Below, one piece after another: positions 11,869 to 22,692 of a stretch of DNA of 64,000 bases. The DNA is from Ascidiella aspersa (lineage: Eukaryota). Under the pieces are notes generated by a model. It had not been told where the DNA came from and made no database searches. It saw only the letters and a program-made list of their open reading frames with translations. The translations under genes and the position numbers were made by a program. Positions within the stretch are counted from its first letter, which is position 1, and each line of letters starts with the position of its first letter. The stretch is from contig OZ004615.1 of NCBI GenBank assembly GCA_963924565.1, forward strand, positions 7,316,001 through 7,380,000, in the 5' to 3' direction.

Positions 11869-14800
11869 CTAACAAAGTAAAAATTGCCGCAATGTTTTTT
11901 ATTCATATTATCTATGTTTTATTTATATATAGGTATTTGTTTTATTACATACACTTGTATTTTAAACAACAAAAGGCGCATTTGTTGCCTGTTGAGGAAT
12001 AAAATATGTCCCTGTGAAAGAATTCTTACGTTGAAAGCAGAAGAACAAAATTGGTATCGTTAAACAAATAAGTGGTAAAGATCATGGCCAACATCTTAAG
12101 TAAGATTGATCTTTTAAAACGAGTGATTCGGTTGCTGATTTACTAGCTACTGCGAAGCAAACGTAACAGTAAAAACGTGAAAGTTGGCTTCACTCCTTTT
12201 ACCTTCCAAATCTTCCTCCAGTGGCTGCCTTGGGTACTTGCGCCGATACAAGCGGTAACCAACAACCATCACAACGCACCAGAAGACCTGAAGAATAAAT
12301 TTGAAGCTTACTTTTGAAATAACAAAGCAAGTTCAGTAAAAATAGAATATTGATTAGAATTGAGGCAAACCAACAAACAAGTTCGTTTAGTTTCAACACA
12401 ATTTGCATTTTGCTACAAAATTTGAGCTAGACGGGTAAACTATAAACTGCAAAATGAAAATAGGGACATAGCTTTTTGGAAATAAGAAACAAAAGATTTT
12501 GTTTTATATACAGTACGTCAGCAATCATTGTAGCAGTCCTGCAAAAAAGAGTCAAATAAATCTTAAAACCACGCAGCCCAAAATATTGACCAAGAAGCAC
12601 AGGTTCACCTCTTTTTTAGAGTTTTTTCTCTCTCTATAGCAGACGTTCTTGCACTTTTTTTACCGCGGACCCCCCAATATTTTTTGTTTCGCGTGGAACA
12701 CGGTAGGCATGAAATATTCAGAGGTGACGATTTCGGTCCGAAAAATGTGTCAGTGAAATGGACTCTAATTACATTCAGTGCAAAACCGTTTTATTTTTTA
12801 TTAAACTCTTTTCTTTGAAAAATTGATTACTTCTTTAGCATATACACTAAGGTTTTAATTAGGGACCCCCTAAAACTAGTTGACGTACCCCAAGAGGTCC
12901 ATCGACGCAGTTTAAGAATCCCTGTTGTATAGCCTAACCCAGCTTATTTATATGGACTTCAAACCAACCTGGGCCATGGCGTACAGCAGCGGAACCAGCA
13001 CCATTTCGCCAATCTGCTGGAATGTGAATCCCGACAGTAGAATGATGGAGCCGCAAAGCTGGGTGTTCTGGATGCCAGTCTCCGCCGATACTGTCCGACG
13101 CTGATGGTGCTTCAGGTAGAGGCGAGGATGTAAGGATACAAGTGATGAAAGACCTGCAGGCATCAGAATATGAATGTTGTTACCGTGCCACACTTAAAGC
13201 ACAGTGGGCTAGACTTTGGCTGAAACTGTAGATGCATTTTAAGAGCTTAGTAGCCTTAAATAATGACAAAATATGAAAACCAGTTGGGATTCTTGGCAAC
13301 TATTCTCTAAAATCATGTTGGAAAGCGTATTTTTAATCGACGCCTTTGTTTGTGAACTTCGAATCGAAAAATATTTGGAATATATGACTTTATATATGAA
13401 CCCCAGGTAAAAAAATGTAAAACATATACTTGTCGATTTGTGAACCTGACTTACCGTAGCCACAAAGCATGCCCACCAAAGGTAGAATGATAGCCGTGAT
13501 GATTTGAAAGGCAGTTATCAGCCACACTCCGCTGTAAGTGGCAATTGATATTATTGCTACACCAATGATGATAATGATACCTCCGATAGAACAAACCTTA
13601 AAATCCAAAACAAGAATCTTAATTTTTTGTTCTCCGCTAAGGGGTTTTCCTTAATTACTTGATTGGATAATTTGCGTTACGCTAAAAAGAAAGGATTTAC
13701 TATCGAAAACTGTGACAAAAAACTTAGTCGAACAGTATGTCAATAATAAAAACGTCATTTAATTTATGTAAAATAACAAATTAGTTTTTGAAACAAGCAA
13801 TTTTGTCCTAGTGTAGCCTAATTACCAGTTATGAAATATCGTATTACTTACTCGTAACACGATCAGAGCCTTGGAAGGAAACTTATGTCTGAGAAAAACT
13901 CCAATGGCAATAGGAACAACCAACGTCGCAAGAATAATCGCTGCAAAAAAATAGTAATTGTAAAAGATGAATTAGTTCGTTCCGAAATGGAAAGCTTTCA
14001 GATCGTCGAATTTTCAAAATTGGTTTGGATATTTCATTTTGCTAATTAGCAATTGATAAACCCAAACTTATCTATTGACAAATGTAAACCCCAAATAGGT
14101 ATAATTGGCCAAAATGAAGTTATGTCGCACAAGAGGTTACTGATGACATTTTAAACAATTCATACGAATTCTTATCATAAAAGAAACACAAACTCATTCT
14201 TAATTATTCGCACCAAAATCATTTTGTGTATAATGTATAGTATTGTATACATTTATAGAGAACACACCTAATATAGATATATAAAATGTGAAGTTGCTAA
14301 CGTTCTGCCATTCGACCTAACCCGAGTCGACGTGCAAATTTAAGTTTGTTCATTGACAATTACAAAGCTTAACACTTTGTCTACAAACATATGAGCAACT
14401 GAGGGCCGTCAATAATTAACCTATACTGTATATTAATGAAATGCGACTAGTTTCGATCTTAATGTGGTTTAATTCACACCGAACAAAAAACAAACTAGTT
14501 ACTGCAATCCAACTCACCAATGGAATCGTACGGGACGACCAAGCTTTGGTCAAACGTCAGTCCGTAGAGAAACAGAAGTAGTGGCATCATTCCCAAAGCC
14601 AATAAGGTGGAGAAACTGGTCATAGTGATACTGCGCATAAATTAACGAGTTATATTTCGTTAACATTCTTTAATATTCATCGATTAATAAAGGTTTGAAA
14701 CAATATACAAGTGCCCCTTGGTCCTACATTATCAAGTAACTATATGCAAGAGCTAACAATTGTCACAAGCTTGGTGTAATTAAATTACATGTCATAATTC

Positions 14801-16813
14801 GTAATTTTACATGTATTCTCTGTGATTATGAATATAGCTACGAAAACATTTCGTTACCAAACAACACTGTTCAAATAGTGCATGACCGAAACATTACGGT
14901 TTTACTTGGTAACAGCTTTGTATAGCCTTAAACATTTAATGCGTGGCTGCAGTACGAGCTGCATTATCTTGAAATCGGAGGCAATTACACTTGGCAGCAA
15001 ATCTTGTTAAAAATCCAAGGTAAAATGGCTAAATTACGGTCGTTGATTTAAAGCAGTGTTTCTCAACCCTTTATGGCTAGCGGCACCTCTCATAAATAAC
15101 CAATATATTGCAGCACCCCTACAAGTTTTTTCGATTCTCACATATCTCTCGGCACCCTTGAGCATTACAAAAAATGGCACCCCAGGGAACCGTTGTTTCA
15201 AAGGCTTTAGGACTCGTATCTTAACCATCACCTGAGGTCCATGTCACCGTCCATCCAGTAGGTTGCGAGGTTAGAGCTTGATCCTCCGGGACACGAGGCC
15301 TGGATAAGGAGGGCAAGAGCCTGATAGTCGGAGAGCGAGAAAATCAACGTCAGGATGAACGCGGTAAGCGGCATTATCCCTGGAAAGTCAATACAGTTTT
15401 TCTAATGTCGATGGTTTCTTAATGTATGATTCTTTGTATCTCTTGGCTATAGGGTAAAATAGACAAAATAGGTTGAACAGTGACAGGCCTTTCAACAAGA
15501 CTGGCCTGTCAGATGCTTTTTACCGTTAAATAATAGAGTTACACTTGAAGATTCTTCGTATCTCTTGGCTAGCCGCTATAGGGTAGAATCGGCAAAACAG
15601 GTTAAATAGTGACATGCGTTTGAACGATCCTGGTCTGTAACACGCTTTGTAGCGTTTAATAATATAATTATAATTCAAGTTAAGCCTCAGTTGCGCACAC
15701 AAACTATTTTATACTGGAAAACACTGCTTTTTTAAACGCTTATTCTGCTCGGAGTTCCGTTTATACACAATGATAAAAAAGAAAAAAAAACTAAAACATC
15801 AGTGCGGTTGCCTGAAGCCCTAAATAATTCTGAATGCCAACCAAAAAAACATCAAGCAGCGGTGTAACAGAAAACAAAGTGCATGATTAAACTGGTCTTT
15901 TTGCGATTTTTAGGATTCAAACCTCATGTCGATGCTATGTACAAGTTTAATATAAAACATGTTTAAACGCTATGTGCGTATGAGTTGCATTTAAATAAAT
16001 TTAAACAGATTCCCCCAAGAAGCTTTTTTGGCTTTGAATTAGTTGCCTCGTTTTTAAATAAACTAAAACAAAAAACCAAAGACATAAATCCCTCTAATTT
16101 GTGCTTCCGATTGTTATAACAAAAGCAGTGTTGTGCCATGCTTGACACCACAAGTAAAAGCTTCTCCAGAGGAAATATTTAATACACAATTGGTGTTTGG
16201 AACACTATATACGGATCTGTTCATAAGTTTAATGGTGAAAATAACGGCCCAAATAAACGTTAAAATTGGCGTTTGTTTTTATAATGTTGATTGGTTTTTA
16301 AAGCATTTCGACCTATTCGGTAGTGGTTACAGTAGAAAACTTTCTTTTTGTCCGGGTTATACAATTTATACAACAGGTGTTTATATAAAATGTTGGCTTC
16401 CTGAGCAAAAAAAAAAACAAGCAACTGTTACTGTTAAGTATCCGATTTATGAAAGGTGAAGAAATTATATTGCTATTATATTTTTATTGTTTATATTCGG
16501 ATCTAGACCTTTTCTAAAAACAAACAATTTTAATTTGTTTAGATCATTTTTAACCTTTGTGTTTTTTTTATCGATACTTTGTGAAATTTAACTTACCGAA
16601 CTGGCAAACAAAGCCCGTGATGATTCCTGTCGGGCGCTTTAGGTGGAACCACATTTTAGGCAGTTCGACCGAGCATCCCATCCCCACCATGATGACAGCC
16701 AGCAGGATGGCTATCAGGGCATTTAGGGCCACGGCCAGGGGGTCATCTAGGTTTGTTGGGTCCGTCGCGTTGGCCGTCGTCGAATCGTTGTACATTTCCG
16801 TCGTTGTATCCAT
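11711..16813 (-). CDS. SLC10A2: SLC10A-family sodium/bile acid cotransporter (ASBT/SOAT-like), paralog B; 8 coding exons, 378 aa
   Basis: Exons 16597-16813, 15232-15379, 14518-14630, 13852-13940, 13455-13596, 12969-13153, 12203-12287, 11711-11868; sum 1137 nt; same intron phases as paralog A. Motifs: MGMGC, [50 protein letters not shown]. The symbol denotes the closest family member only. Confidence 0.93.
12203..12287 (-). CDS. SLC10A paralog B coding exon 7
   Basis: VFWCVVMVVGYRLYRRKYPRQPLEEDLE; TTCTTCAG|...G|GTAAA. Confidence 0.88.
12640..12924. mobile_element. Decayed hAT MITE
   Basis: CAGACGTTCTT...TTAAGAATCCCTG; GGACCCC subterminal motifs shared with 62476-63036; TSD 6/8. Confidence 0.6.
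12969..13153 (-). CDS. SLC10A paralog B coding exon 6
   Basis: [16 protein letters not shown]...VPLLYAMAQ; CTGCAG|...CAG|GTTGG. Confidence 0.9.
13455..13596 (-). CDS. SLC10A paralog B coding exon 5
   Basis: VCSIGGIIIIIGVAII...LPLVGMLCGY; 142 nt; donor GTAAG. Confidence 0.9.
13852..13940 (-). CDS. SLC10A paralog B coding exon 4
   Basis: IILATLVVPIAIGVFLRHKFPSKALIVLR; 89 nt; TTTTTTGCAG|...|GTAAG. Confidence 0.92.
14518..14630 (-). CDS. SLC10A paralog B coding exon 3
   Basis: ITMTSFSTLLALGMMPLLLFLYGLTFDQSLVVPYDSI; 113 nt; donor GTGAG. Confidence 0.92.
15232..15379 (-). CDS. SLC10A paralog B coding exon 2
   Basis: Not in ORF track; [48 protein letters not shown]; 148 nt like paralog A. Confidence 0.92.
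15428..15664. repeat. Diverged tandem duplication, period ~122
   Basis: GATTCTT.GTATCTCTTGGCTA...TAGGGTA.AAT..AGGTT.AA.AGTGACA at 15428 and 15550. Confidence 0.85.
16597..16813 (-). CDS. SLC10A paralog B coding exon 1
   Basis: ATG 16813; NDS/NAT sequons; ...GFVCQF; donor G|GTAAG. Confidence 0.9.
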
Positions 16814-17340
16814 TTTTGCGTGAGGTTTCCGATTTCCGTCGGCAGCCGAAGGTGTTAAATAACTATGTGCTATACGTGTTTGGCAAACGTGAAATCACAT
16901 AAATAACACAGCCTGTTCTTAAGCCCTACGAGATGCCGTTCTAAATACCACTAAACAAAGAGGAGGTTAAAAAAACAAGATACAAGTAGTCGGGATAAAA
17001 TACATTTACTGTTGTTTGTAGGGAATAGTACAAACATATACGAATTATCGTGGCCAATTTTTGCGCATGGTCGTGGCTATTTTACAATGATTCCGATCCT
17101 GTTGCCCATATGATGCCAATTTGAATTGTGCCATAATACCCAACTTTTTCTTCCTTGAAAATTAAATTAATATTGTGAATTTAAAAAATGTAAATCAACT
17201 TTCGAAGGTGAAAAGATAAACAAAGTTTTGGCTTGAAAGATATTATACCTTTGAACGATTTAAGGTAGGAAGTTTTGATAATAATTAATTTGACCTTATT
17301 ATTGGCGTAAGATATTCATTCAAATACTGTTTGTCTACAA

Positions 17341-18107
17341 CAGGAGTGCCAAACCTTTTAGCTGTTGACGGCCGCATTAACCGTCTTTATTGATCTCACG
17401 GCAGCCGGTAAATTTTTTAAGAGATGACGTCAGAAAGCTAAGTCATAAAGTGACGTCAGGGAACAATTAATGTTAAACATATACTTGTTTTTCTCTAATA
17501 ATCTCCTGCAAAAACACAGAACTGAATAATAGTCTTATCGCGCGAAGCGCAAAAAAACGCGTTTACTAGGTTCAATTATTGGGTTTTTCAATATGACACG
17601 TGACGCAGCTGAGCGGCTGATCGTAGAAACGGCGCGCATGCAGTTCCAGGGTGCTACCAAGTTCGTTGACCAGGGACCCCGGGCCTACAGTCTGTGGTTT
17701 ATGATTTAAACTCATTTGGTTTTTGGCCTATTAACTAATTACAGATTTTTTGTGTCTGGACATTTAATCATCAATGTATTTTCTCCCAATTTTCTCTATA
17801 ACAGTTTAAACTCTTATACGTTTAAACAAGGCTTCCTATAACTTTCGTTAAACCTGTCCCACAGTTTTGCCATAATTCAACTCACAACTCGCATAACACT
17901 TTTCAGCCGTTTATTGTTTATCATCAATTTTTATGTTATCTTTATGTGAAACTGATTTCTTTTTGCATCAGTCGTAAATATTCCAAGCGGTGTTTAGCAT
18001 CTCAAACATAAACGCAGGACAGCACGGGCACGGCCGCCAACACTTATTAAAATACCTGTTAACGGCCGCATAATTATCCATCGACGGCCGCAGGTTGGAC
18101 ACCGTTG
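17341..18107. mobile_element. Non-autonomous hAT element upstream of SLC10A paralog B
   Basis: CAGGAGTGCCAAACCT...AGGTTGGACACCGTTG; TSD GTCTACAA/GTCTATAA (7/8); CGGCCG subterminal repeats. Confidence 0.8.
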
Positions 18108-21100
18108 GTCTATAACATATTGAAGAGCAATACTGTAATGATATAATTTGGTTAAGGTACATTATTCTGTTCAGTCACCTACGGCAGGAAAATTCAATAA
18201 AGGTGTATAAAAAAATGGCAAAAACTGCTTCACACCTGTTCTAAAAGTCATCGGATCAACGGAAAAACGCAATTGTCGACATATTACAAAAAACTGATTA
18301 CTTGCGAAACGGCCTTAAAACGATATACGGCATTGACTAAACCACTGTTTATAGCCTTTTTGTACTAACTAACTTGCGCTTCAAACCCATTGTGTTGTTC
18401 ATCGCAATTACCTCTCAAGCAATGATTACAGAGCGCCGGTATATTGCCTTTTAAATACGTTTAATAGCCTTTTTGGTGGGGTATTCGTGTAACGTCTTTC
18501 TGATGTGCACTGGCCTGCGCACGCGATTTCTGTCGTTAAAAACTTAACGGTTTTTACGACTTCTAAATTGCGAATTAACTGCCTTATACGACCTACACAT
18601 AGTTGCAGAGAGCTTGCAGGTTGTGCGTTTGTCATGAACTCCACAGCGTCACCAACAAAAAATGTGCTGATATCATTCTACGGTCCTATCAAATTTTCTT
18701 TTTTTCAATTACAACGTTGGTCACGCAAAATAAGCTAAAACAACAGAGGTTAAATTTGCGCAGTATTCAAACAGTACACTTAATTAGGTTTCAAACTACT
18801 CGAAGAGGTATAGCCAGAAGTAAAAATATTACTTAAGTAGCATGATTAGGATTCAAATATTCAAAATTATTTGCTTTTAACAACTTTTGAAAATGTTATT
18901 CACCGATTTTGGCCTTGATCAGTTGTTTTAAATAACTAATATTTTAAAATATCGATTCCATGTCGCTGTGATAAAAGTATACTATAACAATACGAAATTA
19001 AATTAAAACAGTATTTTTTTCTCGAAAAGAGTCCGCCATTTTTTGTCAATCAATAGCGTTTTTCGTTTCAAGTCGTTAAGTCGGTTACGGCTTAACTGCT
19101 GTTGTCCTATAATATAATTATCACTGATTGAAAAATTTACCGACTTTTTAAATAAGGTTTCTGGCTTGATTGCCGCAGACTGTACAACTTGTTCAGCCGA
19201 AAAGACATTTTATTCTTTTAGTTTACGCCACTAAAATGCAATGAGATTTTGCGAATAAAAAGTAAATAGTTTATTTTTTTAGCAGTTATATTTGTTAAAC
19301 AGTTGTTTTTCAATGTCATATATGTATTGTTCCTAAAAGAGGTTCAGTTTTAAAAGTTGCAATAGACACACGCATGAGTAGAACAGATTTGTATTCCAGT
19401 AAAAATCGAAGTTATGTTTCTTTGTTTTGCACCATCTATAAGCCTAAAACTTAGCTGTCAAGAAAAACTGCTTTTATTAGGTGTAGAAAAAATGCCTTAT
19501 TTTAAACTTTTAAGTCGATGACCTAACGTAAGTGCACTTTATTTAATGTTTTTAAAAGGCTTGACTTGGCTTAAGTAAGTGACTTGAAAATTGTGTATTA
19601 AGCACATTGGAATAAGGTATTTTAATTTCGCTCCACTAAATTGTTTATCAATTTGTAATTATCTTACCGTTTAAACATAAAACAAATGTATTCATATATG
19701 CTGCGTATTTGTTATTTTTTAGTTGAGTTATTAATTTGGAGCTTTAAGTTTTTTTAATTGCTTAACGTTAACGTTTTAGTTTTTTGACAAGGCTTAGAGT
19801 TGACTTGCTCTATTGAGGACTTGACTTAGACAAATGACAACTTAGACTGGGATTCGACTTCTTTTTATTTAAAACACTAGAATTTTGCAATTAACTTAAC
19901 TGGCACTTGTTTACAACACTGTAGCCTATTATACATATATATTTACATGTGGTACTTAGTTACCTAAACTTGGCAACTCAAAATTTTTCCAACCAGGGGT
20001 TCACAACCCTTTTTTGCACAATTATCGATACGGTTCACTATCACAAAAATTTAGAGGACTGTAACTTTATTAATAATTAAAAGGTGTCATTCCACTAAAA
20101 AGTGTTGGAATTCTCTGTCTAATCGAAATGCTTATGAATACCATATAATATACGATAACTGTTATGAAATATTATCGATGCGATTCTGTGATGGTTAAAT
20201 CACATTAATTCCTATAAAGTTAGGTTCCAATTTAGCGTGGTTTGTCCCCTACTTCTGAAGGTATTTTGTAAATAGTTATCGTCTACAGCCCGCTGTGATG
20301 ACTTCGTGCATACGAAATGAATGGTATTAAAGTTTTTTTCAGGAATCCCTCTCCGTGTTGCATTGGCCATCAACGAAACTTCAACGACCGCTTTATTATC
20401 GTTTAGTGCGTCATTTCACAGTTATAAAGTTCCTTTGTCGTTTTTTGACCGACTGCACTTTGATCAAGTTACGCTAAATGTAACGGGCTTTACCGCCTTT
20501 GGATATTGTGGGAAAAGCCTATACAACCGTCCAAGGTTTAAATACACAACGCTGTCGAAAACAATGCTTTAGTGGTTCTGCTTTTCAACACTTTTTTATG
20601 TTTTAACCTAACATTCCTAAAATCAGGCAAAATATAGGCGACTATTGGTCGTGAATATCTGTCAACAATTACCATCCATCGACGTACTTTTTAAGGGGAT
20701 TTGTCATTGCTTTGTGTGTGGTAAAATTTTCATTCGCTTACGGTAAAATATCCCCTTGAATATTTTACTAATTCTTAACATTATGGTATACCTTGCCTAA
20801 CAAAAAGCCGCCAAATTTTATTTTAAGCCATGATCAAAAGTTAGTTCGGCTTCGTGTGGCTGAAGGTTTTTCAAATTTGTTTAACCAATGTGCAATAAAA
20901 ATGGAGGAACCTTATGCGTGTTTGTTAGTAACAAAGTGAACTCTACAACTTGCTCAATACAGAAAAGGCAATATTGGCTATCCTGATAGAGATTTTCGTG
21001 TTGGCAAAATTTGCGTCGCCATACCTAAATTCCGCCTCCTAAACATTTCGTAAGTCGTCATGATAACAGCATAGCTGAATGTCTTTGTTTGACAACCAAT

Positions 21101-22363
21101 TGCCATAAAGATAGTTATTTAATCATAAAAGAGAAATGCCGAGCATGTTTGCGTATATCTGTGGATTCTTTGTTGGTGAATTCCAACAAATTTTCCTGGA
21201 ATATGAAGCTGAAAAAGATATATTTTGGAACTTTCCCTGTTCGCCTATACGTAATCCAAAAACGGACAAAACTAAAAAAACGCTGTGCCGAACCTTGAAC
21301 CTTTTTGATAAGGCCGTTAGTTAGAGACATTAAAACACAGACGGGCGACTGTAATCAGCGCAGAGAAATATCCACTTACTGGCACTGTCGTTACTCGAAT
21401 GCGATCTGCCTCGATGAAGGCCGCCAACATCAAACGAACGAGGCACATAAAAAGTGCCATAAAATCGGAAACTGCGCAGTAAAACGAACAGCTGATATCA
21501 AAAAGCGATCGGCCTGCGTCAGTGGATCCAAGGTGACGAGTATGAATGCAATTTCAACAATGTTTGTTTTCGTAAGGCCTGGTGATCCACAGGACGTTGA
21601 TCCGCTCTTACTGGAAAGCCATAACTCGGTTGTTATAGCCCAGTTTTGCGACGCGGAATGGTTTTGTGATTTTTCTGCCTTGGCAACGGCTTTTCGTTGG
21701 ACACTTTTGGAGGCGTTTAAGGTGTGTGGCATTTAATTTTGAAAAAACAACCGTAAGTCGAAAAAACGGTCAGAACAGGCTGAAAACTTTTTAAATAGGT
21801 TTTTATTGTGTACACTGGGCTGGTGACTGACGTTTTTAGAATTTTGACATTTTTGAACGCAAATTAAATTAATCCTCGCCTTAGGTAAGCACTCCTAAAT
21901 AAATCTAAAAGATGTGGAAGTTTATACATAGATACTAACCGGCAAGGTTAGGCTCCATGTGTTTTACCAGACTCACTTTTTGTAACACCATTATCGATGC
22001 ACATTTCACTTCGTTAGTGAATGATTTCTATAATTCGGTAACAAAAAGTGCAGTAAACACAAATTACGAACGCAAAAAAAACGCAACTATAAAATCCATT
22101 GCACAAGAACTGTGAAAATTAAACAGACTGACAAAAAGCCAGCACGTTACATTTTTAAGCAGGTGGTCATACCTTAATGATTACTTCAAAAGTCCCAATT
22201 TGCAGTGACAATATTTTCCCTTAACTACACGTTGATCAATAATTAAAGCGTATGTACAACACAAATAATATCACACCAATCGGACATTTGATTAAAGTGA
22301 ACGAAACAGATAGTTTAACGCCTACGAAACAGATAGTAAGTCTTTCAAAAACCGACCACGCGT

Positions 22364-22692
22364 TTATGTGGGAGTGGGGGGAGTGGTTTCTCTCTGTTTT
22401 CGCGACCCGCGCTCTTTGCTCAAATCCCGAGCGGTAGAGACGGGCACCGTCCTTCCTCTGTTTGCTCTCTCGTCGACCAGCGCTGCTTCGCTGCGGCGTT
22501 TGTCTTCTTGCATTCTTTCGACGTCTTCCGGTTTGATTTCCATATTGGAACTTTCGTTTACGGGATTAACAACCCTTGTACTGATAGGCTCATCTGCCAC
22601 CCGAAACCGACTCATAACCCCACTCTCAATCAACTTGGGGGCCGCGGGAAAGGCTTCCTCCATTACCCAGCGAAAACTCGCCGGTTCTGGAC
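22364..22692 (-). CDS. LU-SMB protein terminal exon (charged low-complexity tail)
   Basis: AATCTAG| acceptor in phase 1 opens PEPASFRWVMEE...ETTPPTPT*; AATAAA (minus strand) near 21802-21807. Confidence 0.65.

Noticed and set aside
21115-21732. Faint piggyBac-transposase or LINE-endonuclease-like peptides
   Set aside because: Motif order and catalytic residues are not convincing by eye, and no TTAA/TIR was found.
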